A stretch of DNA of 64,000 nt from an uncultured Acidobacteriota bacterium (GTDB lineage Bacteria > Acidobacteriota > Blastocatellia > RBC074). The position numbers were made by a program, and so were the translations under genes. Of the stretch, positions 35,741 through 47,100 are shown one piece after another (the stretch's first letter is position 1; every line of letters starts with the position of its first letter). Location of the stretch: the NCBI GenBank assembly GCA_902825875.1, contig CADECP010000038.1, positions 1,915 to 65,914 of the forward strand, given 5' to 3'. The notes beneath the pieces are model-generated. The model saw only the letters and a list, made by a program, of their open reading frames with translations, did no database searches and was not told the origin of the DNA.

Positions 35741-36010
35741 CCGGCAAGGCTGAGTAATTTTAAGTTTGAAGTGCAGGAAACGTTTACCGGCAGAAAAATG
35801 CGGACAAAAAAACTTCGAAATCTTTTTGCCCCCAATCTTTCGCCAAAAAAAGTCGGAAAGCTTCTCCCAAACAATACGCCCGAAACGTTGCGCGGCTGAT
35901 AGCGGAGCAACAAACTTCTTCGCCGTCGAACAAAGTGCACGAAACGTTTACCGGCAGAAAAATGCGGACAAAAAAACTCCGAAATCTTTTTGCCCCAATC
36001 TTTCTGCCAA
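35644..36010. repeat. Tandem duplication of about 160 bp that includes the last ~95 nt of the upstream gene.
   Basis: Unit A (35644-35738) recurs at 35846-35937 and unit B (35778-35845) recurs at 35938-36010, each at roughly 90% identity. Confidence 0.7.
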
Positions 36011-36179
36011 CTTTCATCCCAATTGAAAATTACTGTGCGCCGCTGCTTGGAGGCGGGTTTTTGTTGGAGGTTCAAGTGTTTGACTCGACTTTTGTCGCCG
36101 CTATAATCGTCCGCGTTCAAGCGCAATTCTTAATTTGCACGTTTTATTGCTCGTTCATTTCGATAAGGACTCCGTAGTC

Positions 36180-37358
36180 ATGCAACAACCCGTCATCATC
36201 AGCGCCGCTCGCACCGCCATCGGTAAATTCCAAGGCTCACTAAAACCATTCACCGCTCCGCAAATCGGTTCCATCGCCGTGCGCGCAGCCATCGAACGCG
36301 CCGGACTTGAAGCCAGTCAGATTGACGAAGTTATTCTAGGTTGCGTGCTGCAAGCCGGCTTGGGGCAAAATCCTGCGCGGCAAGCTGCGCTGAAAGCCGG
36401 CGTGCCGGACAAAGTCGCTGCGATGACCATCAACAAAGTCTGCGGTTCGGGATTGAAATCGGTGATGTTGGCCGCGCAATCCATCGCGCTCGGCGACAAC
36501 GACATCATCGTTGCGGGCGGAATGGAATCCATGTCCAACGCGCCTTACCTGCTGCCGAAAGGCCGCGACGGATACCGCATGGGCAACGGAGAAATAGTGG
36601 ACGCAATGGTTCACGACGGTTTGTGGTGCGCGTTTGACGGTTGGCACATGGGAGAAACCGGCGAAGTCGTTTCGGAAAAATACGGCGTCACGCGCGCTCA
36701 GCAGGATGAATATGCTGTCAGTTCGCAATTGAAAGCCGTAGCCGCCATCGAAGCCGGACGCTTCAAAGCTGAAATCTGCCCGGTCGAAATTCCTAAGCGC
36801 AAAGGCGATCCGGCGATCTTTGACACCGATGAAGGGCCGCGGGCTGAATCGTCGCTTGATTCGTTGGCCAAATTGAAACCGGCATTTCGCAAAGACGGAA
36901 CGGTGACGGCTGGCAATGCTTCGACAATCAACGACGGAGCCGCCGCGTTGGTGGTGACTTCCGAAACGTTGGCCGCGAAACTTGGGCGCGCGCCGCTGGC
37001 TCGCATCGTGGCGCAGGCGACTTCGGGCATCGAACCGAAATTGGTGATGATGGCTCCGGTCGAAGCCGTCAAAATGGTGGCCAAAAAAGCCGGTTGGAAT
37101 CTGGCCGATGTTGATCTGTTTGAACTGAACGAAGCGTTTTCTTCTCAATCGGTCGCATTGATTCAGCAACTGGAACTTGATGCCAACAAAGTGAATGTGA
37201 ACGGCGGAGCGGTTGCGCTCGGTCATCCGATTGGAGCTTCCGGCGCTCGCGTACTGACGACGTTGTTGCACGAAATGATCCGGCGAGAAGCCAAGCGCGG
37301 CATCGCCAGTTTGTGTTTGGGCGGCGGCAATGCTGTTGCTTTGGCTGTGGAAAGATGA
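36180..37358 (+). CDS. Acetyl-CoA C-acetyltransferase (thiolase II).
   Basis: It begins [17 protein letters not shown] and carries the active-site Cys in NKVCGSG. The C-terminal GGG and CxG motifs ([10 protein letters not shown]) are present. Confidence 0.85.
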   Translation: MQQPVIISAARTAIGKFQGSLKPFTAPQIGSIAVRAAIERAGLEASQIDEVILGCVLQAGLGQNPARQAALKAGVPDKVAAMTINKVCGSGLKSVMLAAQSIALGDNDIIVAGGMESMSNAPYLLPKGRDGYRMGNGEIVDAMVHDGLWCAFDGWHMGETGEVVSEKYGVTRAQQDEYAVSSQLKAVAAIEAGRFKAEICPVEIPKRKGDPAIFDTDEGPRAESSLDSLAKLKPAFRKDGTVTAGNASTINDGAAALVVTSETLAAKLGRAPLARIVAQATSGIEPKLVMMAPVEAVKMVAKKAGWNLADVDLFELNEAFSSQSVALIQQLELDANKVNVNGGAVALGHPIGASGARVLTTLLHEMIRREAKRGIASLCLGGGNAVALAVER

Positions 37359-37431
37359 GTAGTCAGGAGTCGGTAATCGGGAGTCAATAGATGCACCCGA
37401 TTACCGACTACCGGTTACCGATTACCAAGAA

Positions 37432-38661
37432 ATGATTTTCTGTCAACGCTGCAAAAAAGCTAACCCGAACGATGTGGATTTTTGCCAGGAATGTGGCACG
37501 TATCTGCTGGTGATTTCGCGTCCGTACAACGCGGGCGGATTCGAAGTTGGCGATTCGCTGGAAGAGCATTTGCTGGAACGTGTCAGCGCGTTGGAATCGG
37601 CGCTCAATCGGGCCAACGAACGTTTCGAACAGTTGTTGGATTTGGCGCAGCAACAGGCGACCGGCAGTTTTTACGATCACATGATGCTGGAAGCTCTGAC
37701 GGAATTATTGACCGAAATGCGCGCGGTCAACCCGGAAGAACTGGAACAGCGTTGGCGCAACCGTGTCGTTCGTCATTACGAAGAAACCGCCGAACGCGAA
37801 CGGCTGGACGAACGGTGCGAGCAGATTATTTCCGCTTATCGCGGAACCGAGCGCGAAGAGTTCATTGATCTGGTGGAAGAAGGCACGTTGTTGATTACCG
37901 AAGGTCGTACGCGGCGCGGGTTGCGGTTGCTGGAAAGTGCGCTGGCGATGGATGAAAACAACGCTGAGTTGAGTTTCACCGTCGGCGAATACTACTTCCA
38001 TTTGGGCAAATCGCTGGATTCGGCGATCAATTTGCGTCGTGCGTTGGACATTCACGCCGATCATTTCGGCGCGCGGTTGTTGCTGGGTTTGCTCAGCGGC
38101 GATGAAGGCGAATCGGAATCGGCCAAGATTCATTTGCAGCGTGCGTTGACGATGGACGACAACTCGTTTGCCGCGCATTACGGCATGGGACGTTTGCTGG
38201 CGCGCGAAGGAAAATTGGATCAGGCGTTGGTGCATTTGAAACGCGCGTTGTCGCTCAACCCCACGCCGGAGATGTATTACCTGGTTGGCCGCACGTATTG
38301 GGAGCAGGGAAGCGCAGACAAGGCGCTCAAGCATTTGCAAAAAGCCGTCCGGCTCGATCCGCGATTCGATGTTGCGCAATACAGTCTGGGATTCATTTAC
38401 TGGCAATCGAATCGCACAAACGAAGCACGCGAACATTTCCGCGCCGCTTACGAAATCAATCCGCAGGAAACCGATTACCGCGCCGCCGTCGAAGCCCACG
38501 CCGGAGATGAACTGCCGCGCTTGCCTGGCTTCGGCTGGTCGAGTTTGTTTTCGCGCCGCAAAACAAAAATGGCGGAAGCTCGCTTTGTCGAATTGCTCTG
38601 GCGCGACCTCAACATCATTTCAGTCTCTCCTGCCGCATTGCGTAAAACCCCTCGCAAGTGA
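37432..38661 (+). CDS. Zinc-ribbon plus TPR-repeat protein.
   Basis: An N-terminal [19 protein letters not shown] zinc ribbon is followed by multiple TPR-like repeats. Confidence 0.55.
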   Translation: MIFCQRCKKANPNDVDFCQECGTYLLVISRPYNAGGFEVGDSLEEHLLERVSALESALNRANERFEQLLDLAQQQATGSFYDHMMLEALTELLTEMRAVNPEELEQRWRNRVVRHYEETAERERLDERCEQIISAYRGTEREEFIDLVEEGTLLITEGRTRRGLRLLESALAMDENNAELSFTVGEYYFHLGKSLDSAINLRRALDIHADHFGARLLLGLLSGDEGESESAKIHLQRALTMDDNSFAAHYGMGRLLAREGKLDQALVHLKRALSLNPTPEMYYLVGRTYWEQGSADKALKHLQKAVRLDPRFDVAQYSLGFIYWQSNRTNEAREHFRAAYEINPQETDYRAAVEAHAGDELPRLPGFGWSSLFSRRKTKMAEARFVELLWRDLNIISVSPAALRKTPRK

Positions 38662-38682
38662 TTGCCTGCCTCATCGCCGCCA

Positions 38683-39948
38683 ATGCAAGAAGAGATCGGC
38701 TACATTCTCAAAGGCTACCCGCGCACGTCGGAAACATTCATCCTCAATGAAATTTTCTGGCTGGAACAATCCGGCCTGAAGCTGTCCATCTTCTCGCTGA
38801 AAAAGCCTGAGAACGAAAAACCGCATCACGTCATCAGCCAAATTCGAGCGAACATCATCTACCTGCCCGAAGCCCCGCCCGGCGAAGAAACAGGCTTGTT
38901 GGCTTCGTTGAAACGAAACCTGCCGTTGTTTGCCAGCAGCAACTGGAAGCTGTTTCGGCTGCGTCCGCTGGCTTATTTGCGCGCGCTGGCCGAAGCCGTG
39001 TCGCTGGCGTTGAAATATCGTCGCAGCAATTTCATCAAACAGTTTTTGCAAGCCGGATTCATCGCTTTGGCGGTGATGGAATCCGGGCGAATCCGCCATC
39101 TGCACGCGCATTTCTGCCACGCAGCAACAGAGGTGGCGATGCTGGCCAGCCGTTTGTGCGGAGTGCCGTTCAGTTTCACCGCGCACGCCAAAGACATTTA
39201 TCGGCAAGACATGAATCCTGGCGATTTGTTGCCGTTGAAATTGCGCCGCGCGCGGTTTGCCGTCACCTGTACGCGAGCGAATCAGAGTTATCTGGATCGG
39301 TTGCGACCGGCAGAAACCCCACTGCATGCGATTTATCACGGCCTTGACCTTGCGAGGTTTGTTCCGCCGGAGCATCCGTTGAAACCTGCTGTGCCGCTGA
39401 TTCTTTCAGTCGGTCGGCTGGTTGAAAAGAAGGGCTTCCACTTTCTGATCGAAGCTTGTCGCTTACTGAAAAACAAAGGCCACGAATTTCAATGCCAGAT
39501 CATCGGCGGAACGGGAACCGAACAAGAGAAGCTGAAAGCTTTGATTGCTTCGCTGAAACTGGAACAGACTGTGACGCTGTTGCCGGCGATGACGCAGGAA
39601 GGATTGTTGGCCGTGTACCAGCGAGCGACGATGTTTGCGTTGCCTTGTCAGGTGTTGGCCGATGGCGACCGCGACGGCATTCCGAACGTTCTGGTCGAAG
39701 CAATGGCGATGAAATTGCCTGTGGTTTCGACTTCGGTTTCCGGCATTCCCGAATTGATCGAAAACGATGTCAACGGGCTGCTGATTCCGCCGCAAAATTC
39801 CGCCAGTTTGGCCGTTGCGCTGGAAACGTTGTTGAACGATGCCGAATTGCGAACACGATTGGGCGAAGCCGCTCGCCAAACGGTGTGCCGCCATTTTGAC
39901 ATTCAGCGAAACGTGTTGGCGCTGAAAAAACTCTTTGACGAATGTTAG
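38683..39948 (+). CDS. GT4-family glycosyltransferase (WcaL/AmsK-like).
   Basis: The N-terminal YILKGYPRTSETFI is characteristic of WcaL-like GT4 enzymes, and a C-terminal GT1-fold E-x7-E region is present. Confidence 0.7.
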   Translation: MQEEIGYILKGYPRTSETFILNEIFWLEQSGLKLSIFSLKKPENEKPHHVISQIRANIIYLPEAPPGEETGLLASLKRNLPLFASSNWKLFRLRPLAYLRALAEAVSLALKYRRSNFIKQFLQAGFIALAVMESGRIRHLHAHFCHAATEVAMLASRLCGVPFSFTAHAKDIYRQDMNPGDLLPLKLRRARFAVTCTRANQSYLDRLRPAETPLHAIYHGLDLARFVPPEHPLKPAVPLILSVGRLVEKKGFHFLIEACRLLKNKGHEFQCQIIGGTGTEQEKLKALIASLKLEQTVTLLPAMTQEGLLAVYQRATMFALPCQVLADGDRDGIPNVLVEAMAMKLPVVSTSVSGIPELIENDVNGLLIPPQNSASLAVALETLLNDAELRTRLGEAARQTVCRHFDIQRNVLALKKLFDEC

Positions 39949-39960
39949 CCGTTTAGTCGT

Positions 39961-41178
39961 ATGACCCCGAAACGAAAATTGTTGTTTTACTGCCAATATC
40001 TGCTGGGAATGGGGCATCTGGTTCGCAGCATGGAAATCGTGCGTGGGCTGAGCGATTTCGACGTGCGCTTTCTGAACGGCGGACAAATTGTGCCGGGTTT
40101 TGAACTGCCAGCCGAAGTTGATCTGGTCAATTTGCCGCCGATCAAATCTGACGAAACCTTCAGCGAACTGTTCGCCTTCGACGATCAAAGAAGCCTGGAA
40201 GAGATCAAACAGATTCGCGCTGAGCGCGTTTTGGCGGAGTATGAAAATTTTCGCCCGGACGTTTTGGTCATTGAACTGTTTCCGTTTGGGCGATTGAAAT
40301 TTGCCTTTGAATTGGTTCCGCTGCTGGAACGAGCGCGCGCTGACGGCGGCGTCAAAGTTGTGTGCAGCTTGCGAGACATTCTGGTCGGCCAGCGTGATCC
40401 GCAAAGTTTTGAAGAGCGCGTTTGTCAACGCGTCAATCAATACTTCGATCTGGTGCTGGTTCATGCCGATCCGCAGTTACAATCGCTGGATGAAACCTTT
40501 GGCGGCGTGGCGAAGTTGAATTGCCCGGTTCGATACACCGGGTACGTTACGCAACCGGCGAAATCCGACGGCGAAGCTTCGCGCAACCCGATGATGTTGG
40601 GCGACGAAACCAAAATTATGGTCAGCGTTGGCGGCGGGCGCGTCGGCAGTGAATTGATCGAATGCGCGATTGAAGCCAGCGACCTGATTGCGAAGACTCA
40701 TCCGCATCGAATGCTGATTTTTGCCGGGCCGTATCCTTCGGCGGAGGACTTTCAGCGTTTGCAGCAAAAAGCCGCCGCACGACCGAACATACGGCTGGCC
40801 AGATACACGACGGATTTTCCGGCTTATGTGGAACGCGCCGATCTTTCAATCAGTATGGCCGGTTACAACACCTGCATGAACATCGTCACGGCTGGCCAGC
40901 GGGCAATCCTTTATCCATTCACGCGCGGCGGCAACGAAGAACAAGCCCGCCGCGCCGAGAAACTGCGCGAATTGGGATTGGTTGAAGTCATTTACGAAGA
41001 GCAGCTTGCTCCAACGGCTCTGGCTGAAATGGCTTTGCGCGTGTTGGCCAGTCCCAAACCGACAGCGACCGCGATTGATTTGAACGGCGTGGAAAAAACG
41101 GCTCAGGCGTTGGCGGAGATGGTTTCCTATTCTTGTTTTTTCGACAAGATTTTCGCTTGTGATTTGAACAAGAGATAA
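39961..41178 (+). CDS. Glycosyltransferase of the COG4671 type (GT28-like, UDP-sugar dependent).
   Basis: It has a CQYLLGMGHLVRS glycine-rich N-terminus and a Rossmann-like C-terminal half. It is frequently paired with WcaL-like genes. Confidence 0.55.
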   Translation: MTPKRKLLFYCQYLLGMGHLVRSMEIVRGLSDFDVRFLNGGQIVPGFELPAEVDLVNLPPIKSDETFSELFAFDDQRSLEEIKQIRAERVLAEYENFRPDVLVIELFPFGRLKFAFELVPLLERARADGGVKVVCSLRDILVGQRDPQSFEERVCQRVNQYFDLVLVHADPQLQSLDETFGGVAKLNCPVRYTGYVTQPAKSDGEASRNPMMLGDETKIMVSVGGGRVGSELIECAIEASDLIAKTHPHRMLIFAGPYPSAEDFQRLQQKAAARPNIRLARYTTDFPAYVERADLSISMAGYNTCMNIVTAGQRAILYPFTRGGNEEQARRAEKLRELGLVEVIYEEQLAPTALAEMALRVLASPKPTATAIDLNGVEKTAQALAEMVSYSCFFDKIFACDLNKR

Positions 41179-41258
41179 CGGAACAAACGGAATTAACGGA
41201 AACTCTGATTTTTCTTTTCCGTCCTTTCAGTTATTTCCGTCTGTTCCGTTATCTCCTT
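41170..41258 (+). terminator. Long hairpin terminator after the glycosyltransferase gene.
   Basis: The stem AGATAACGGAACAAACGGAA/TTCCGTCTGTTCCGTTATCTC is about 21 bp and is followed by T-rich sequence. Confidence 0.5.
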
Positions 41259-41371
41259 TTTGATTTCTTTGGTTGCGGCTCTGCTGCGCCGTGTTCCCCG
41301 TGGTTTGCTTTCCGTAAACTCAATTGCAATTCGATCTAAGGGATAAGCATTTTCTTGATCTCTAACTGGTA

Positions 41372-43177
41372 ATGAAAACAGAGCAGAACATCACCTTTCG
41401 CGGCATCGTCCGCGAACATCTGAGCGGCGCGAAATGGAGTTTGCTGGCTGCCGGAGTTTCTTTGCTTGGATTTACGGTGACGGAATTGATTGCACCCTGG
41501 CCGCTGAAAATCATCTTCGATCACATCTTGCTGGGCAGCCCTGTGACGGGTTTGATGGTGCGGCTGAACTGCCTGAACTGGATGCTGGCTCAGGGCAAAA
41601 CGACGGCGGTTGTGGCGTTGTCGTTGATGATCGTGTTGGTCGCAGCCGTTCGCGGAGCGTTTTTGTATGTTCATGCCTTCGTCACTTCGCGCGTCGGCCA
41701 CGAATTGGTTTACCGGCTGCGCGGAGAATTGTTCGCGCATTTGCAGCAATTGTCTTTGTCGTTTCACGCGCGAACGCGAACCGGCGAATTGCTGACCAAA
41801 GTCGTCAGCGACACTTCGGCGCTGAAAGACGTGTTTGCCGAATCGGCGCTCAATTTCGCTTCGCATCTGCTGACCGTTTCGGCGATGTTTGTCGTGATGT
41901 TTTACTTGAACTGGCGGCTGGCGTTGGTGGCGCTGATGTCGTTTCCGGTGGTGTGTTACGCGCTGGTCACGCTGTATCGCCGCATCAAGTTTTCGACTCG
42001 CCGCCAGCGAGCGCGCGAAGGCGCAGTGGCTTCGCGCATTCATGATGCGTTGACGGCGTTGCCCCTGGTTCGCGCCTTTGCCCGCGAACGCCACGAACAG
42101 GAACGGTTCGATTTTGAAAGCTCCCACTTGCTGGAAGAAGGCGTGCGCGCGGCTCGGTTGGAAGCGGCGGCTTCGCGCGCCATTGAAATCATCAGCGCCG
42201 CGGGGCTTTGTTCGGTCGTTCTGGTTGGCGCCAAACAGGTCATTGCCGGACGCATGCTGCCGGGCGAGTTGCTGATTTTCACGGCTTACCTGAACAGCAT
42301 GTACAAACCTCTGCGCGTGTTGGCGCGAATTTCAACGCAGTATTCCAAAGCGATGGCCAGCGCCGAACGCATCACTGAAATTTTCAGCATCGAGCCTGAA
42401 ACCAAAGACGATCATCAAGGGATGCGCGTTGACGGTTTGCGCGGCGAAATCGCCTTCGACCGAGTTTCGTTCGATTACGGCGACGGCAAAGGCGTGCTGC
42501 GAAACGTTTCGTTCACCGTGAAAGCCGGGCAGCGCGTGGCTTTGGTCGGAGCTTCGGGCGCGGGCAAATCCACAATTGCCAGTTTGTTGCTGAGGTTTTA
42601 CGAACCGCAATCGGGCGAAATTTTGATTGATGGCCGGAAACTGCGCGAATACGAACGCGAATCTTTGCGAAACCAGATTGGAGTCGTCTTGCAGGATTCG
42701 ATTTTGTTTGGCGCTTCGGTGCGCGAAAACATCGCCTACGGCAAAGTGCATGCCACCGACGAAGAAATCGAAACTGCCTCGCGCGAAGCTCACGCGCACG
42801 ATTTCATCGCTGAATTGCCCGAAGGTTACGAAACCATTCTAGGCGAACGCGGTTCGACTTTGTCGGGCGGCCAACGGCAACGATTGTGTCTGGCGCGGGC
42901 GTTGCTGAAACGGCCTTCGATTTTATTGCTGGACGAACCGACTTCGGCTGTGGATGCCGAATCGTCGGCATTGATTCAACAAACGATTCAGCGTTCGCTG
43001 GCGGGCAAAACCATTTTGCTGATTTCGCACCAATTTGCCGGGATCGAAAGCTTCGACCAGATTCTGGTGCTGAAAAACGGCGAACTCGTCGAATGCGGCA
43101 CTCATTCGCAACTGGTCGCCCGGCAGGGCGTCTATTTCGATTTGCTCAGTTACGGCGCGACCTCGCACGCGGCGTAA
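41372..43177 (+). CDS. ABC exporter with fused permease and ATPase (MsbA/lipid A-type).
   Basis: Six transmembrane helices are followed by Walker A (GASGAGKST), the signature LSGGQRQR and Walker B (ILLLDEPTSAVD). Confidence 0.8.
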   Translation: MKTEQNITFRGIVREHLSGAKWSLLAAGVSLLGFTVTELIAPWPLKIIFDHILLGSPVTGLMVRLNCLNWMLAQGKTTAVVALSLMIVLVAAVRGAFLYVHAFVTSRVGHELVYRLRGELFAHLQQLSLSFHARTRTGELLTKVVSDTSALKDVFAESALNFASHLLTVSAMFVVMFYLNWRLALVALMSFPVVCYALVTLYRRIKFSTRRQRAREGAVASRIHDALTALPLVRAFARERHEQERFDFESSHLLEEGVRAARLEAAASRAIEIISAAGLCSVVLVGAKQVIAGRMLPGELLIFTAYLNSMYKPLRVLARISTQYSKAMASAERITEIFSIEPETKDDHQGMRVDGLRGEIAFDRVSFDYGDGKGVLRNVSFTVKAGQRVALVGASGAGKSTIASLLLRFYEPQSGEILIDGRKLREYERESLRNQIGVVLQDSILFGASVRENIAYGKVHATDEEIETASREAHAHDFIAELPEGYETILGERGSTLSGGQRQRLCLARALLKRPSILLLDEPTSAVDAESSALIQQTIQRSLAGKTILLISHQFAGIESFDQILVLKNGELVECGTHSQLVARQGVYFDLLSYGATSHAA

Positions 43178-43230
43178 GATTGTTGCCGGAGCGGTTCCGA
43201 GCGATGGCAAATGACAAATCAAAAATGAAA

Positions 43231-43378
43231 ACTGGAAGTAACTGCTCAGCCGGTACGGAACGGGAAGCGGTAGCGCCCCGGTTTTTCGTGATGAGTGAGC
43301 TTTGCAAGCCTCCCGTCGCTACCGCTCTGGGTTCCGTACCGAGTTTTTGATACCAGGCTGAGCAGTTACAACTGGAAA
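43231..43378. repeat. REP-like palindromic repeat, family A, copy 3, with an extra outer stem.
   Basis: CGGTACGGAACGGGAAGCGGTAGCG ... CGCTACCGCTCTGGGTTCCGTACCG is flanked by ACTGCTCAGCC/GGCTGAGCAGT. Confidence 0.6.
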
Positions 43379-43434
43379 ATGAAATTGCCGACAAATTCTT
43401 ACCCGGCTGCTTAAATCGGTTTTTACTTCAGCGT

Positions 43435-43461
43435 GTGAGACAATTTGGAAAATTGTCCCAC
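43435..43461. repeat. 26-nt palindrome GTGAGACAATTTGGAAAATTGTCCCAC, copy 2 of the 13155 element.
   Basis: It is the reverse complement of GTGGGACAATTTTCCAAATTGTCTCAC and is near-identical to 13155-13180. Confidence 0.7.
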
Positions 43462-44101
43462 GTTCGTCAGGTTTCAGAACCTCTGCCTACCTACGAAAGT
43501 GACACACTAGAACTCGGCTCTGATTATTAAACTCATCGCGGGTCACGGATGCGGCCAAAAACAGCGACAGCAATCTCAAAAAATTGCATTGGCTGTGTCC
43601 GATACGGTTCAAAAAGCAAAGTTTCATAAAGCGATATGTGCTTGCGAGATGCCCCTCTGGAAGGTGAGCCTGGTGCCAGCGGGGTGGTTGGGTCGGGTCA
43701 TCTCTCTAGCGGAATGCCGTGCGTGTCAAAGCCCTCGCAGAAATCAGCTTTGCGCGCGATCACTGGGACGGCTTCCGAAAAATCCAAAATCGCAATTTGT
43801 TCAATCCTCCAATCGGCAATCGGCTGAAAGCAGCCGCGTGCGTTTCCGTTTAAGCAGGGTTTGCTGTGTGGGCGGCGAACCCTGCGTTTTTCACGGTTGG
43901 CGCTGACTGCACGGCGGACAAGATGTTGCCGAGAAATTCCTGATGACAAGCCAGCTAAAGGCTTGCTCGGGACAAGTGTTGCCTTTCGCCGGGTAAAGCA
44001 TTGCATCAACGGCTGACTGGCAATGGTTTTTCAAAAATGAAAATGACTTGATGGCTGTTTTTCGACAGACGCCATTGACACGAAATAACAGGAGTTTCGG
44101 T

Positions 44102-47100
44102 ATGCATTCCCCTAACACTACACACACGACGGATTCTTTTACCAAACGGCTGAAAGAAAGAGCCAAATTTATCAAACGCAGAATTTCGACTTCGAGCAAG
44201 CGTCGCCGATTGGCGGTTTCAGCAATTGCGATGGCGATGGTGCTGACTGCCTCAATGATGCTGGCAGGGTATTACAGCCGACCGGCCAATGCCGCTCCAC
44301 TGACAGCCAGCACTTTTTTCACCGAATCCTATGCCGGGATGACGCAAGGCATGAAGTATTTGATGGGCAAGCTGTTTGGTACTGCGATTCCCAGCCCGGC
44401 TTATGCCTGCACGCTGACTCAGCAAATCACGGTCAGCGGTTGTTATTTCACGACTGGATCGAAAGCGACGGTCAGCGTCGAAGTCAGTTGGGTCGGTAAC
44501 ACCAGCGCGGACACGATCACAGTTTCGCTTGATGGTGGCGCGCAAACGCGAACCATCAATCCTGAAGATTTGTTTGATCCGGGATCGGGTTCTGCTGTGG
44601 CCGGGCCGATTAAATCGCCGCAAGTCGTGGCCTTTGAAATTGACGCCGATGGAGCTTCGCACAGCATTACCAGTACGGCTTCCGGAGCGAACAGTTGTAC
44701 GACGGGAGCGAGCAATTTCATTGCTCCGGCGGGATGCGCGCCGAACCTGTGCGGTTCTGGCGAATTGGGCGGAACGGTGTTTTTCGATTATGACGCCGAC
44801 GGTATCAAAGACTCCGGCGAAACGAACGGTGCTTCGGGCGTGACAGTCACCGCTTTTGACGTGAACGGAACGACGTACACCGCCACCAGCGATTCATCTG
44901 GTCGTTATGAATTTAGCGCAGCCAACGGCAACTCGATTCCCGGTGGCGCTTATCCGGTTCGACTGGAATTCACCAACCTGCCCGCCATAAGTTTGAACAC
45001 CACAACTCCGCACGGAACGAACAACGCCAGCAGTGTGCAATTCGCCAGCGCGGCGGCCTGTACTTACGACGTTGGCGTAATGGATCAGACAGGTTTCTGT
45101 CAGAGCACCCCGTATGTGATTTTGCCTTGTTATGCGAACGGCGACCCTGCGCCGAACGTTGATGCAAACGATGCCGGCGACCTTGATGCGTTGATTGCGT
45201 TTCCTTACACCGCGTCAGGCGGGCCAACCCCCGGAATAATGATTCATCTTGCCACAGCCCGTCAGGTAGGTTCGCTCTGGGGCACAGCGTATAACAAATT
45301 CACGAAACGGATGTTTAGCTCAGCCATGCTTCGTCGCCACGTGGGACTAGGGCCATTAGGACTAGGCGGAATCTACGTCACCAATATGACGATTCCGACA
45401 TCGGCCACGACTGGCAACTTTATTGACGTGACGGCTTTGGGGATTGATCTTGGGCAGGCGTCAGTACCGAACGTGGCCACACGCGGTTTGTCCAGGATCA
45501 AAACTGATCCGAGTTATGACACTACTGTATTCGGCTTGGTCGGAAAGGTCGGTATCGGAGATTTGGACATTTCAGAAGACGGCAACACGCTATGGTTCGT
45601 TAATCTCTTCGACAAGAGGCTTTATTCGGTAGACATCACGGCATACAACGGCGATGGTACGACACTGCCAACGGCGGCCAATGTCAGTTCGACGGCTATT
45701 CCAAGCCCTGGCTGCGCTAACGGAGAGCACCGTCCTTGGGGAACCAAATTTTACAAAGGACAGGTTTATGTAGGATCAGTCTGCGATGGCAGCACTGGCA
45801 CAACTTCCGATATGCGGGCGCGGATTTCGGTTTTCAATCCTTCCGGGTCTACCTGGAGCACTGCATTTGAATTTCCTCTGACATATCCGAAAGGCTATCC
45901 CTTTAACAACGTACCGGCGCTTACAGGCTGGTATAGATGGACGGATAGTTTTGCCGAATTTTCGACGGGCCAGGGAACTTTCAGCGGTCTTCCGTTGGTG
46001 GTAAGACCCCAGCCGATTTTGTCGGACATTGAGTTTGATATTGATGGGTCAATGGTGATTGGACTTGGCGATAGAGGCGGCATGCAAATGGGCTATGTCA
46101 ATTACGGCCCGAACCCGCCGAGCACAAGCCTTTATGTCACATCAGTCGGTGGCGACGTATTGAGAGCCTTCAATTCAAACGGAACTTTTGTTTTGGAAAA
46201 CAACGCCAAAGCAGGGGCAAACACTGGTTTCGGCCCCAACAACTTCCAGGGGCCTGGGTTTGGCGAATTTTACGATGACAACTGGACTATCGGTGCTCTT
46301 AAGCCTCATACCGAGCAATCCATCGGTGCATTGGCAATCAAGCCTGGTTCAGGGGAAGTCGTAAGTGTGGTGGTTGATCCGGTGAACAACACCCCCAATT
46401 CGGGCGGTGTCAGATGGCTTGATAATTCAGATGGGACGACGTCCCGATCTTACGCTGTCTATTCCAACAGCAACAATTCAGCGGACGGCTTGTTCGGCAA
46501 AGCCGCTGGTTTGGGTGACGTGGAACTGAACTGCGACCCGGTTAGTTATCTGGAAATCGGTAATCGCATCTGGATGGACGGCGACGCCGACGGAATTCAG
46601 GACCCAGGCGAAATGCCGATTTCGGGAGTGACACTGCGGCTTTACACTCCAAACGGCAGAGACGGAGTTGCCGGTAACGGCGACGACTTGCAACCGATTG
46701 CCACAGCGGTTACGGACAGCACCGGAGCTTATTACTTCACTTCGGTTGATGCCAACAACGACGGCATACCTGACAACGATACGGTTACGACGAACAACAC
46801 AGGCCTGGTCGGCGGCGGAACTGCCAATCCGACCTATCCGGCAATTCAACCGAACACACGTTACGTGATTCGCGCCGATCTGGCGTCCGATTATTCTGGC
46901 GGAGCTTTGGCGGGTAAAAATGTGACCCAAGCCAACATCGGCGCTGGCGTGTTGGGCAGCCCTGCCGATTTGCGCGACTCCGACGCTACGTCGGCAAACG
47001 TGCTTGGCATCGCTGGCGGCAACTTCCCTGAAATTGAAGTCAAACATTTGGTCAGCAATGTTGAAACAAATGGCACAGGTGCTTTCGGTGAAGACGATCA

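Noticed and set aside
43380-44047. A search for tRNA or other small RNA genes in the long non-coding gaps (10255-10445, 11076-11348, 43380-44047, 54539-54779 and 63085-63445).
   Set aside because: No cloverleaf-compatible sequence was recognisable by eye: there is no GTTCGAATC-like T-arm box and no plausible acceptor stem pairing with a 3' CCA. Only simple hairpins were seen.
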